In this document: piece by piece, positions 47,823 through 57,861 of the stretch
Numbering within the stretch: the first letter of the stretch is position 1
Layout: every line of letters starts with the position of its first letter
Assembly (NCBI GenBank): GCA_965218725.1
Contig: CBDCLO010000002.1
Coordinates: 654,970 to 718,969 of the forward strand
Source: Nitrosopumilaceae archaeon
GTDB taxonomy: Archaea > Thermoproteota > Nitrososphaeria > Nitrososphaerales > Nitrosopumilaceae
Length of the DNA: 64,000 nucleotides
Reading direction: 5' to 3'
The notes under the pieces: generated by a model
What the model was told of the DNA's origin: nothing
Seen by the model: the letters and a program-made list of their open reading frames with translations, nothing else
Database searches by the model: none
Made by a program: the position numbers and the translations under genes

Positions 47823-48983
47823 TTGGAGCTAACAAGAGAAGAACAAGCTGCATTTGACGGAGAAAGAGGTGAATCATTAGAGCTTGCATATAGGATATTA
47901 GTTGCAACTGGTGAATCAATGAACGCAAAAAAACTGGTGCCTATTAAATGGGCACATATTTCAGGTGTAAATTATAATACAATAGGTGACGCTGGTGAAG
48001 AATTTTTATCAAAGATAAGTAAAACAGCTCATGTTAATGTAATGACTACAATAAATCCAACAGGATTTGATACTGATAGAGTAACGGATTATGGTCTTGA
48101 TGAAAAATTTATAAAAAAACAAGAAAGTATCAACAATTCGTATAAAAAAATTGGTGCTATTCAGTCTTTTTCATGTATACCATATGAGATATACGATATT
48201 CCAAAAGAAAATACCCAGGTATCATTTGCAGAAAGTAATGCAGCTATACACGCTAATTCTGTAGATAATCTTAAAACAAATAAAGAGAGTGCGATTAGTG
48301 CATTGGCGAGCTCTATAACTGGAAAAAGTATATTATCTGATATTAGAAGCCCAGATCAAGACATACCAGATGTTTCAATACATGTGGAAATAGACGAGCA
48401 AAATGAATTATTATGTGGAATACTAGGTTATTTTGCTGGTAAAATAGCAAACACAATCGTAAATATATCAGGCCTAAACAAATTGAATACTTCATGTACT
48501 AAATCACTTTGTAGCGGATTAGGAACTTCTGGCCAGTGCATTAAATACGTACTAAATAAAGAATACAGCAATATTGAAAAAATACATTTCAATAAAAGAG
48601 ATTTTCAAGACATATATGATGAATTAAATACATGTGATAAATGCGATTTAATAGCATTAGGTAGTCCACAATTAGGAATTCATGAAATATCAAATTTAGT
48701 TTATATGTTAAAAAATAAGATATTTAAGAAACCATGTATGATTTTTTGTCCACGATCTGTGAAAAAAGAATCTAATAGATTAGGATATACTAAAAAACTA
48801 CAACTAGCTGGTTGTGAAATTAATTCAGATTGTTGCATGTGTTTTACTCCATTATTAACAAACAAAAATTTAGATTTTGTAACAACAAATAGTATAAAAG
48901 GAGCATATTATCTAAATAGATTCAATAAATTACGCACAAATCTAAAATCACTACGTCAGATTCTAAATGATTATACAAGATGA
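47823..48983 (+). CDS. aconitase X catalytic-domain protein (DUF521), probable phosphomevalonate dehydratase large subunit
   Basis: N-terminus LTREEQAAFDGERGESLELAYRILVATGE...KWAHISG is typical of AcnX. Paired with a DUF126-like gene. TTG start. Confidence 0.7.
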   Translation: MELTREEQAAFDGERGESLELAYRILVATGESMNAKKLVPIKWAHISGVNYNTIGDAGEEFLSKISKTAHVNVMTTINPTGFDTDRVTDYGLDEKFIKKQESINNSYKKIGAIQSFSCIPYEIYDIPKENTQVSFAESNAAIHANSVDNLKTNKESAISALASSITGKSILSDIRSPDQDIPDVSIHVEIDEQNELLCGILGYFAGKIANTIVNISGLNKLNTSCTKSLCSGLGTSGQCIKYVLNKEYSNIEKIHFNKRDFQDIYDELNTCDKCDLIALGSPQLGIHEISNLVYMLKNKIFKKPCMIFCPRSVKKESNRLGYTKKLQLAGCEINSDCCMCFTPLLTNKNLDFVTTNSIKGAYYLNRFNKLRTNLKSLRQILNDYTR

Positions 48984-49354
48984 TTAAAAAATACATAGTA
49001 AGAGGTAGTATATCAGGAAAAGTTCTTAAATCTAATAAACCAATAAACTTCCTAAGTTCAATAGATATAAAAACAGGAATAGTAACAGATAACACAAATA
49101 TTCTGTTTCAAAAATCAATTAAAGGAGTTGTTTTGATTTTTCCTTGTGCTAGTGGGAGTAGCGTAGGGGCATATTCAATATACTCTCTAAAATCAAATAA
49201 CTCTTTTCCAGTTGCTATGATATGTAAGATATCTGATCTAATTGTTGCATCAGGTTGTGCATTAGCTAACATACCACTAGCAATAATATCAGAAAAAGAC
49301 TATAATACTTTGCATACAGGCATGATACTTCCAAATGATGTTAAAAATTTTTGA
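48980..49354 (+). CDS. aconitase X swivel-domain protein (DUF126), probable phosphomevalonate dehydratase small subunit
   Basis: 124 aa; GKVLKSNKPINFLSSIDIKTGIV...FPCASGSSVGAY. Its start overlaps the large-subunit stop as ATGA. Confidence 0.65.
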   Translation: MIKKYIVRGSISGKVLKSNKPINFLSSIDIKTGIVTDNTNILFQKSIKGVVLIFPCASGSSVGAYSIYSLKSNNSFPVAMICKISDLIVASGCALANIPLAIISEKDYNTLHTGMILPNDVKNF

Positions 49355-49609
49355 CATTCTTAGTATAGCTGTTTTTATATTTGTATAATTTATGTGCATA
49401 TTAAATATGATTTAAACTAAAATTTATCGTAGAAAGTCTCTACGAAAAGCATTTGATGGTGTCAGCTTTACCAATAAAACTAAAATTCTACATAAACTAT
49501 ATCAAATATTAATACTTAGAATATGAAACACAATTTTGTATACCATCGTGTCTTTAATAAAATTCAGTGATAATTTTTCAAATATTGTTGCCATATATCA
49601 GATACGAAT

Positions 49610-51535
49610 TTATTTTTTTATTATTTTTATTATGTGGCTTTTTCCAGGTGGCATAACTCTAATAAAATCATCTAACGTAATACCGGTAAATAATTTTATT
49701 TTTAAAAATTCATTTTTTATTATTTTTGCAATCTCTGAAATTTCTAGTCCAGTTGGTTCTATAATTGCATAACAAATAAGATTTTTTTTTACTGATTCTA
49801 CAGGATTACATATTACTACATGTTTATTGTCAACTTCATCTAAACATATAGCTAATCTTAATGTGGATATTTTGATATAGTTACGTTTTCCATCTATTAT
49901 GAATGACCCCTTTGATAAAAACTGTCCACTTGGTGCAGCCTTTTTTATTTGATCATGGTTTATCCAATATGCATTTACTCCATACACTGATTCTTTCCAT
50001 GCCCTACTAAAACATACAGTAGCGTTTGATGTCTCTGTTATACTTTTGTGCGATGCATTCATTCCGTCCTTCAAAATAAAAAATGGTGAACCAAAAATAT
50101 CTGCATGAAAAATTTTATCATTACTATTAGTATGTTTTCTAACTATTGTGGAATTAGATGATGCGTCTCTTCCTCCTATAGCTAATAATCCATCAGAAGT
50201 ATGAAACCATCTGTATCTTTCAAACCATCTTTTTTTTCTTATTTTTGTAACTATGATAGCTTCTTTAATTTTCAATGATTTATTTTTTAGTTTCTTCATG
50301 ATTTTTTCTGTTTTAGACTTTATATTTTCTATTGATTTTATTGCATTAAGTTGATGCTTTGATTCATCATACAAAGTTGATACAATAGAATGAATAGAGG
50401 TCTTCTCTCCTATTTTCATAGTTTTTTCGTCTATTTCTATAAATTTCATTCCTTTTTTATTTATTATTTTAGCATTTTGTTCAATTAATGTATTAATTAT
50501 TCTTGGATCGTTAATAGATAGTACTCCATTATATGACATACATAGTAATGCTTTTGCTAAATTAGATATTTTTTTTGATTTAGTTTTTACAATTTCAATA
50601 GCTTTTTCTTGCTCTCTCAGTTTATTTTTTAACTCGTTGTACTCTTTTTCTACCGTACCAGTTTTGATATTCTTATTTTCATTTACAAATTCTTTTGTGA
50701 ATAAATAGTCTAACCCATCATTAAAGCTTGATACTGTGATATTTTCTATGCTCTCACTTAATCTTAATGGATACGCCTCTAGTTTATTATTGTTTTTTAC
50801 TATAATTGGTTCATGTTTACCATCTATTACTCTATTTACAATTTCTAAAGTAATCTTTAAAATTTTATTGACGTTATCAATGCTTAAATTGTTTCCTGCT
50901 GTTTCTAGTTTTATATTAGATAATCTAAAAATGAATTCTATATATCTTGACGGCATTCCATATGTTCTTCCAATCCATTTTGAAGCTGCTGTTGATATTT
51001 CAGTAACTTCCTTTAGCTTATCATAATTTATTTCTAGAATATTTAATCCATTTTTAGGTGGTGCAATGTATTTTGATCCTGTTATTAAGTTACGGTGCCT
51101 AACATTAATAGAATGTAGAAGCGCAGTAACTTTCATTTCATGATTACACAAAATAATATTACCGCCTCCAAAAAACTCACAGATTAACCTAAATTCATTT
51201 TGTTTTTCTTTAAATACAACACATGCTATCCTTTCTATATCAATTTGTTCTATTTTTATAAACTTTGATCTAATTAGATCACTCCTTAAGCGCCTCAATA
51301 ATTTATTTGACTCTATATTTGTTATTTTTGTGGATGTTATCCATATCCCAGAAGTTGATATAACTAAAAAAATATCTTGTTTTTCTTTGTGGTGTAACTT
51401 AAAAAGCAGCGAATTTTTATTGATACCATATATATTGCTAACATAGTAGTCATTGGCTAGCTCTTTTATGTTATTTACTATGTATCGTAATTCTATTCCA
51501 GCTAGTGGCATTAATGATATTATCTTATAAAACAT
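49610..51535 (-). CDS. NFACT-family protein (Rqc2/FbpA homologue; ribosome quality control)
   Basis: 641 aa with an NFACT-N-like N-terminus, a central coiled coil, and a DUF814-like block WFHTSDGLLAIGGRDASSNSTIVRKH...IFHADIFGSPFFILK. Confidence 0.65.
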   Translation of the reverse strand: MFYKIISLMPLAGIELRYIVNNIKELANDYYVSNIYGINKNSLLFKLHHKEKQDIFLVISTSGIWITSTKITNIESNKLLRRLRSDLIRSKFIKIEQIDIERIACVVFKEKQNEFRLICEFFGGGNIILCNHEMKVTALLHSINVRHRNLITGSKYIAPPKNGLNILEINYDKLKEVTEISTAASKWIGRTYGMPSRYIEFIFRLSNIKLETAGNNLSIDNVNKILKITLEIVNRVIDGKHEPIIVKNNNKLEAYPLRLSESIENITVSSFNDGLDYLFTKEFVNENKNIKTGTVEKEYNELKNKLREQEKAIEIVKTKSKKISNLAKALLCMSYNGVLSINDPRIINTLIEQNAKIINKKGMKFIEIDEKTMKIGEKTSIHSIVSTLYDESKHQLNAIKSIENIKSKTEKIMKKLKNKSLKIKEAIIVTKIRKKRWFERYRWFHTSDGLLAIGGRDASSNSTIVRKHTNSNDKIFHADIFGSPFFILKDGMNASHKSITETSNATVCFSRAWKESVYGVNAYWINHDQIKKAAPSGQFLSKGSFIIDGKRNYIKISTLRLAICLDEVDNKHVVICNPVESVKKNLICYAIIEPTGLEISEIAKIIKNEFLKIKLFTGITLDDFIRVMPPGKSHIIKIIKK

Positions 51536-51600
51536 ATATTACTACCACTTTAATTGCTAAAGATTTTAAACAGGCTTGTATTGACTGAAGTTAGGAACTT

Positions 51601-51978
51601 ATGGTCAAACATACTAAAAAAAATAAAACTACTGATGGAGATAACAAAAAAAATAATCCCAACCCATCAGAAATTAATACGCACGATAAGAATTCTTTTA
51701 ATAAGCTGTTTTGGATTAGAATTTGTATTGCAGCAATAGGTGGCTTGATGGCTACGATAATGTTTGAAACAGTTAAAGGCGAAGAAAGACGATGGTTTTC
51801 TATATTATTTATGATACTTTTATATCTAGGTTCAATTTTTTTGGCAAAGATATTATACTCAAAATCTCTAACATTAGACAAAAGAAAGATAGTAACAACT
51901 GGGATAGGCAGCTACATATTTATCTATCTATTTATGTGGATACTAACATATACATTCTCAAATATTATATCACACTAG
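51601..51978 (+). CDS. small membrane protein, hypothetical
   Basis: Basic N-terminal tail plus 3 TM helices. Competing ORFs on both strands are less protein-like. Confidence 0.35.
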   Translation: MVKHTKKNKTTDGDNKKNNPNPSEINTHDKNSFNKLFWIRICIAAIGGLMATIMFETVKGEERRWFSILFMILLYLGSIFLAKILYSKSLTLDKRKIVTTGIGSYIFIYLFMWILTYTFSNIISH

Positions 51979-52019
51979 TATAGTATAACTAATATTTAAA
52001 AATGCATTATATGAAATAA

Positions 52020-52604
52020 ATGTGGGAATATAAAACACCTGGAATTCCAGATGAGTATTTTTTACGCAGCAATTCTGTACCTATTACAAAAGAAGAAATT
52101 AGGTCCATACAAATTAGTAAAGCGAGACTTTGTACTGGTCAAATTGTTTATGATGTAGGTTGTGGTAGTGGGTCATTATCAGTAGAATCAGCATTACAAA
52201 TAGGGGATGTAGGGAAAGTCTATGCAATAGATCTTAATCCAGATGCAATAGAATTAACAAAAAGAAACATTAAAAAATTTCAAGCATCAAACATATCCAC
52301 GATCTTAGGAAATGCAAAAGATAAAATATCAAGTTTACCTAAATGTGACGCAATTTTTATAGGTGGTACTGGATCTGATACAGAAAAAATAGTTGAATTA
52401 TGTTACGATAAATTAAAAATAGGCGGTAGAATTGTGATTGGTACAATACTAATTGAGACGTTATTTTTAGTTTTTAAGATAACAGAGAGATTATTCAAAA
52501 CTATAGACGTCATTCAAATCACAATATCTAAAAGTAGTAAAACATCTACTGGTACAATGCTGCTAGCAAGAAATCCTGTTACTATAATTTCAGCAACTAA
52601 ATAA
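52020..52604 (+). CDS. cbiT: cobalt-precorrin-6B C15-methyltransferase (decarboxylating) CbiT
   Basis: PITKEEIRSIQISKARL and the SAM motif VYDVGCGSGSLSVE. Confidence 0.75.
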   Translation: MWEYKTPGIPDEYFLRSNSVPITKEEIRSIQISKARLCTGQIVYDVGCGSGSLSVESALQIGDVGKVYAIDLNPDAIELTKRNIKKFQASNISTILGNAKDKISSLPKCDAIFIGGTGSDTEKIVELCYDKLKIGGRIVIGTILIETLFLVFKITERLFKTIDVIQITISKSSKTSTGTMLLARNPVTIISATK

Positions 52605-52643
52605 GTAATCTAGATTTTAATTAGGTTATATTTTTTTTTTAGT

Positions 52644-53366
52644 ATGCATGAGTTGATATGTGTAGGTTGTGGTCCAGGAGATCCTGAATTATTGACAATT
52701 AAAGCTGTTAATGCCATAAAGAATGCAGATATAATACTATGTCCTACTTCTAAAAAAGAAAGACCTAGTATTGCATTATCTATAATTTCTACGTTACTAT
52801 TAGATCAAGTACAAAAACCACACGTTGTAAATCTTGTTTTTCCTATGACAAGGGATAGATCTATTCTGAAGTCTATATGGAAAAAAAACTCAAAAATTAT
52901 TGCTGAATGTGTATTTTCTGGAAAAAATACAGTATATATCACAGTAGGAGATCCGTATCTATACAGTACATGGATTTATTTGCATCGTGAACTTTCAAAC
53001 ACCTATCCACAAATAAGAGTAAATGTAATTCCTGGTATTGTATCAATATTTACATTTGCAGCAAAAGCTGGTATTAGTATTGCAGAAGCAGGAGACAAAA
53101 TAGCAATTATTCCATCATGCTATGATCTTTCTAAAATAAAAGAAATAGCAAAGAATTGTGACAATTTAATATTTCTTAAAGATGGAAGATATTTTGATCA
53201 AGTATTAAAAATATTACAAGATAGTGGGTTTTCAAGAAGCTCTATGCTTGCAATTGGGCAGGAATTAGGTACTAAAAACGAAATTATAATAAAAACTACA
53301 CTAGATAAAGTTAATGATATGCTAGCTACAAAATATTTTTCAATAATGATGATTAAGCGTGCATAA
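52644..53366 (+). CDS. cbiL: cobalt-factor II / precorrin-2 C20-methyltransferase CbiL
   Basis: LICVGCGPGDPELLTIKAVNAIKNADIILCP and VGDPYLYST. Confidence 0.7.
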   Translation: MHELICVGCGPGDPELLTIKAVNAIKNADIILCPTSKKERPSIALSIISTLLLDQVQKPHVVNLVFPMTRDRSILKSIWKKNSKIIAECVFSGKNTVYITVGDPYLYSTWIYLHRELSNTYPQIRVNVIPGIVSIFTFAAKAGISIAEAGDKIAIIPSCYDLSKIKEIAKNCDNLIFLKDGRYFDQVLKILQDSGFSRSSMLAIGQELGTKNEIIIKTTLDKVNDMLATKYFSIMMIKRA

Positions 53367-54123
53367 AGTTTATTTTGTTGGCTGTGGTCCCGGAGATCCT
53401 GAATTATTAACAATTAAGGCAAAAAAATTAATACAAAAAGCTGATGTAGTTGTATATTCTGGTTCATTAATACCACCACGAATTATAAAGTTATGTAAAA
53501 AAGGACTGCTTTATGACGCATCTAAATTAATACGGGAAGAAATTTTTGATTTATTAAATGAAAATGCGAAAAAAAATAAATTAGTAGTACGACTACATGA
53601 TGGAGACCCAACAATTTATGGAGCCATAAAAGAGCAAATTGATAACCTATCAAAAAAAGGAGTTTGTTCAGAAATTGTGCCCGGCGTTACATCATTTTTA
53701 GCTTCATCTGCTGCACTTGGAATACAATTAACACTTCCAAATGTAACGCAAACAATTATAATAACTAGATTAGGATCTAGGACTAAAGTACCAGAAGAAG
53801 AGAAACTCTATAATTTGGCGAAACATAATGCGACGATGGTATTTTATTTAAGCACTCATTTATTATCAGACATAGTGGAGCAAGCTATTGCTGGAGGATA
53901 CAAAAAATCTACTTCGATCGCAATTGTGTATCATGCAAGTTGGAAAGATCAAAAAATAATTAAAGGTACTTTAGGAGACATTGTGTATAATATGCATACA
54001 AAAAAAATTACACGCGCTGCAATTATTATTATAGGCGATGTAATAGATGCTACATGCTATGAATATTCAAAGCTATATGATAAAAATTTTAGCCATAGTT
54101 TTAGAAAATCTACAATCAAATAA
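53359..54123 (+). CDS. cbiF: cobalt-precorrin-4 C11-methyltransferase CbiF
   Basis: VYFVGCGPGDPELLTIKAKKLIQKADVVVYSGSLIP and HDGDPTIYGA. The GTG start overlaps cbiL by 8 nt. Confidence 0.75.
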   Translation: MHKVYFVGCGPGDPELLTIKAKKLIQKADVVVYSGSLIPPRIIKLCKKGLLYDASKLIREEIFDLLNENAKKNKLVVRLHDGDPTIYGAIKEQIDNLSKKGVCSEIVPGVTSFLASSAALGIQLTLPNVTQTIIITRLGSRTKVPEEEKLYNLAKHNATMVFYLSTHLLSDIVEQAIAGGYKKSTSIAIVYHASWKDQKIIKGTLGDIVYNMHTKKITRAAIIIIGDVIDATCYEYSKLYDKNFSHSFRKSTIK

Positions 54124-54233
54124 AATTACATTACTAATTTATAATTAATGATTTAAAAATATATTATGACGAGAAATTTTAAATAAGTAATTTGTAAAGT
54201 ACTAACCAAAAATAAATTAAAAATGATTGGGCT

Positions 54234-54533
54234 TTAGTCTACTAAATCTGTCCAACCTTTTTCAAATACTGAATTTTTGTATAATGGAACTGGTTGCCCT
54301 ACTGTGAAATCCATTGGCCTCATCCAAAAAATTGCTTTTGTTGGACAGACTCCAATACATGCACCATCAGAAATACATCTCTCTGGATAAAAGACAAACG
54401 CTTTTCCTCTTTTCCAACCTTCTACAGGTTTTACTCTTAATACGTCAGGTCCTAAAGTTGTGCATATTTCTACACAAAGTGCGCATCCAATACACATTTG
54501 TTCACCAATATCAGGTAAAATCGCTACTGGCAT
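54234..54533 (-). CDS. 4Fe-4S dicluster ferredoxin
   Basis: CIGCALCVEIC and CISDGACIGVCP motifs. Confidence 0.8.
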   Translation of the reverse strand: MPVAILPDIGEQMCIGCALCVEICTTLGPDVLRVKPVEGWKRGKAFVFYPERCISDGACIGVCPTKAIFWMRPMDFTVGQPVPLYKNSVFEKGWTDLVD

Positions 54534-54648
54534 TACTATATCTGTGTTATCTGGTATTAATATAACTTACCCACAGAAAGTCAATTATAACGACGTTAGA
54601 ATTTTTATAACGTTGTTAAGATCAGGATTTGTATACTTAAAGTATATT

Positions 54649-55173
54649 TTATAATTTTATATTAACTGTAGTCTTTGGTTTTATAATACGAGTACCAGTA
54701 ATATCTAATATTATACAATCATCGTATGTACTAGAGTCAACAATATTTGTGAATAATACTGTAGATCTTGTAATTTTTGATAACGATATAATTAACATAA
54801 TATTAGTTGTAATATGCAATCCGGCGTCTGTATTATCAAATAAATTATAAAATCCATTTAATGAATCTATTATTGTAATATATCTATTCTTAGATATTTT
54901 TGATGATATCAATTTAATAATATTGATTATATTGTGCCTAGTAGGTTGTAACAACATTACATTTTTTTTTAATTCTATTATATTAGATGTTACGTATCCA
55001 CTGTAAAGCAAATCAAAGTCTACATAGATTACCTGTTGTTCAACTGATCTAATCATAAGATCTAAAAACTTTATCTTGGTAAAGGGATCCGTATAGTTAA
55101 CATCAATATTGTTACAACCTAAATGAGTCTTTATATAACTTACATTGTATTTCATATCATTTTTATCTGGCAT
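54649..55173 (-). CDS. hypothetical protein (weak RecA/KaiC-like strand pattern, no P-loop)
   Basis: VIYVDFD and the Walker-B-like YITIIDSLN. No GxxGxGKT motif is present. Confidence 0.3.
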   Translation of the reverse strand: MPDKNDMKYNVSYIKTHLGCNNIDVNYTDPFTKIKFLDLMIRSVEQQVIYVDFDLLYSGYVTSNIIELKKNVMLLQPTRHNIINIIKLISSKISKNRYITIIDSLNGFYNLFDNTDAGLHITTNIMLIISLSKITRSTVLFTNIVDSSTYDDCIILDITGTRIIKPKTTVNIKL

Positions 55174-55201
55174 TGATACATTTTTTAAGAAGGAATGTAA
55201 T

Positions 55202-56338
55202 ATGGATTTCTATCAAGATTTTTCTTATATAGATAAAATATACTTGAATAATGCATCTGTCTCAATTATGCCATTAACAAGCATTAAAGCCATGAAAAAT
55301 TTTCTCTTTTCATACAATGAAATGGGACCAGACTCACTATCTTCTGAATCATTTATAGTAGAAAATTTAATCCAAACAAGAAAAATCATTTCAAAATTAA
55401 TAAAATGCACTCCTGATAAAATTGTTTTAACTCAAAGTACTACAGATGGAATAAATGTGGTATCTAATGGATTATCGTTGCCTTCAAATTCTAATATTGT
55501 GATTAGAGGAATGAACCATGAACACCACGCAAATTTTTATCCATGGATAAGATTGCGTAAAGAAACAAAAATTAGAAATTTAAAAGTTGATAAGAATGGT
55601 TTTTTTGACATCACAGAATTACGTGATAATGTAGATAAAAATACGAAATTGGTGGTACTGAGCCATGCACTTTATAACACTGGATCTATTATGCCAGTAG
55701 ATGAAATAGGTGAATTACTTGAAAAAACAAATACACCATATTTTATAGATGCTGCACAAACAGTAGGTTGTATAGGTACATTTGATGTGAATCAATGTAA
55801 ATGCGATTTTATGTCTTTCAATGGCTCTAAATGGTTATGTGGACCAATGGGAACAGGAATTTTTTATTGTAACAATTCAGATCTTCTGGAACCTACATAT
55901 ATAGGAGGTGAATCAGTGATGCTGTTCAAAAATAAATTAGTATACAAAGACATGCCACATAAATTCCAAACAGCATTCAGAAACTATGTTGGTATTGCTG
56001 GATTAAATGAATCTGTATCATATATTATGAAAATCGGATTGGAGAAAATCCGCAGTAGGGTAATATATCTTGCAAATTTATTTAGAAGCGAGTTACTTAA
56101 AATTAATGGAACTAAAATATACGGACCAGATGATCAAGAAAAAAGAACCAGTATAGTATCATTTAATATAAATAGTTATGATCCAAAAACTATAACTAGT
56201 AGACTTGAAAAACAAAAGATTATTTTAGCTGTGCGTGAGATATTCAATAAAAAAATAATAAGAGCTTCGCCTCATTTCTTTAACACTGAAAATGAAATTA
56301 TGGGAGTAATACATGAGATTAAAAAAATTATAAATTGA
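55202..56338 (+). CDS. class V aminotransferase / cysteine desulfurase-like PLP enzyme
   Basis: IYLNNAS, HHANFYPW, YFIDAAQTVG, and the PLP-lysine block SFNGSKWLCGPMGTG. I prefer ATG 55202. Confidence 0.75.
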   Translation: MDFYQDFSYIDKIYLNNASVSIMPLTSIKAMKNFLFSYNEMGPDSLSSESFIVENLIQTRKIISKLIKCTPDKIVLTQSTTDGINVVSNGLSLPSNSNIVIRGMNHEHHANFYPWIRLRKETKIRNLKVDKNGFFDITELRDNVDKNTKLVVLSHALYNTGSIMPVDEIGELLEKTNTPYFIDAAQTVGCIGTFDVNQCKCDFMSFNGSKWLCGPMGTGIFYCNNSDLLEPTYIGGESVMLFKNKLVYKDMPHKFQTAFRNYVGIAGLNESVSYIMKIGLEKIRSRVIYLANLFRSELLKINGTKIYGPDDQEKRTSIVSFNINSYDPKTITSRLEKQKIILAVREIFNKKIIRASPHFFNTENEIMGVIHEIKKIIN

Positions 56339-56347
56339 CTAATCCAT

Positions 56348-56370
56348 ATGTCTTATAACACATAAGACAT
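56348..56370. repeat. hairpin ATGTCTTAT-AACAC-ATAAGACAT (9-bp perfect stem), 10 nt after the aminotransferase stop
   Basis: Read directly from the sequence. A terminator role is possible but unproven in archaea. Confidence 0.85.
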
Positions 56371-56600
56371 TCTACAAAAATAACTTATTGATCTGTAAAT
56401 TATAGCAAATATATTTTATCTGTATAATAATAAACTAAACATTATTAAATATTAAAAAGTTTATTACTTGAGCCTAGTTGTAAAGATTAGCATTATTGAA
56501 CATGAATAACTATTTTTAATATGATATTGTTATATGAATAATAACATACATCAATGAATAAGCATCTTATTTTTAAATATACTAACATTTACTATAAAGT

Positions 56601-57092
56601 ATGAGCATGTTAGGTCACGCTTGGAGAAAGATTTATGGTAAATTGACAAATAAACCAACTAATTTCTCTTGGTTAATAAATAAAGAATTGGCTGGGTGTG
56701 GACTTCCTACATCATTTAATGAAATAAATTGGATCATTGAAAACGGAATTAAATCTATAGTAACAATGACTGAAAATGATTTACCTAGATCATGGATAAC
56801 CAATATAGAATACATGCACATGCCAACTGCTGATAGAAATGCTCCCACATTAGATAAAATTAATTCTGTGGTAAACTTTATCCATGAAAAAATACATAAA
56901 AAAGATGCAGTATTAGTACACTGTGATGCTGGTGTTGGAAGAACTGGAACAATATTAGCATGCTATCTTATAAAATATAAAAATTATTCTGCAAAAAATG
57001 CAATAAAAAAAATAAGAGACAAGCGTCCTGGATCTATTCAATCAATATCGCAAGAAACAGCTGTCACAGAATACGAAAAATACATAGCATAA
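56601..57092 (+). CDS. dual-specificity (Cys-based) protein phosphatase
   Basis: Signature VHCDAGVGRTGT, i.e. HCxxGxxR(S/T). Confidence 0.8.
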   Translation: MSMLGHAWRKIYGKLTNKPTNFSWLINKELAGCGLPTSFNEINWIIENGIKSIVTMTENDLPRSWITNIEYMHMPTADRNAPTLDKINSVVNFIHEKIHKKDAVLVHCDAGVGRTGTILACYLIKYKNYSAKNAIKKIRDKRPGSIQSISQETAVTEYEKYIA

Positions 57093-57095
57093 TAA

Positions 57096-57248
57096 TCATT
57101 CTGGTATGGATTGAGTTACTATTTTACCACCTTCTATTTTTATGAACAGATATCTGTTATCTTTGAAAATTAGTGTTATTCCACCTTCTTTATCAGGATC
57201 TTCTATCTCCAATAATTCCTGACCCTTTAACCCGTCATATTTAGTCAT
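57096..57248 (-). CDS. candidate small protein (50 aa)
   Basis: Below the track cut-off. My translation is MTKYDGLKGQELLEIEDPDKEGGITLIFKDNRYLFIKIEGGKIVTQSIPE. Balanced, beta-rich composition. Lies 30 nt downstream of the 182-aa ORF on the same strand. Confidence 0.3.
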   Translation of the reverse strand: MTKYDGLKGQELLEIEDPDKEGGITLIFKDNRYLFIKIEGGKIVTQSIPE

Positions 57249-57278
57249 ACATCTATTTATTCAATACCATTTTATATC

Positions 57279-57812
57279 CTATGTGATTAACACGTAAATA
57301 TCTCTAGAATGTTTTTTTATGTTTTCTGCGTCTATATAATCATGTTTCTGCCATGATACATGTATTTCAGCTACCACTTTATGGCTTCCACGTCCTAATT
57401 CTGAAGATTTTAGTGTAATATTCTCACTAAAATCAAATAACTCATTTTTTATTTCTTCTTCACTTAATTTAATATATGATTCAAAGTTCTTTATTACCTG
57501 AACCCAGATGCGTTTTTCTACATTTGGATTTACTAGTTTTGGATTACGTGTCCAAAAAAGTGATGCTTTTCTATATGAACTAATTGCTGGGTCCAAATAT
57601 TTTCTAATGCTTCCATAAAATAATCTTATATCATATTTAATTTTAAATAAAATATCGTTTTTATTATATGCAGTTGTCCAATTCTTTTCATTGAATTTTT
57701 CTTGTAGTAATCCATCTATAGAGAATTTTAAATTAATTATTATATTGTCATTAATATCAAATACATCCTTATTTTTAATAAATTCTATATCTGAAATAAA
57801 ATTTTTTTTCAT
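57279..57812 (-). CDS. hypothetical protein
   Basis: About 177-aa ORF with ordinary soluble-protein composition and no recognisable motif. I prefer ATG 57812 over TTG 57827. Confidence 0.4.
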   Translation of the reverse strand: MKKNFISDIEFIKNKDVFDINDNIIINLKFSIDGLLQEKFNEKNWTTAYNKNDILFKIKYDIRLFYGSIRKYLDPAISSYRKASLFWTRNPKLVNPNVEKRIWVQVIKNFESYIKLSEEEIKNELFDFSENITLKSSELGRGSHKVVAEIHVSWQKHDYIDAENIKKHSRDIYVLIT

Positions 57813-57861
57813 GCTATGATTATACAATGATTTATATCAGTAATAAATCATTTTTTAATTA

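Noticed and set aside
49427-49445. 7-bp stem hairpin TCGTAGA-AAGTC-TCTACGA between the convergent acnX small-subunit and NFACT genes
   Set aside because: The stem is short and easily arises by chance in 255 bp. Archaeal termination does not require hairpins.
51554-51983. Competing ORFs (51554..51739 +, 51591..51881 -, 51792..51983 +) around 51601..51978
   Set aside because: The 125-aa plus-strand ORF has a coherent basic tail plus a 3-TM architecture. The others are shorter fragments without such structure.
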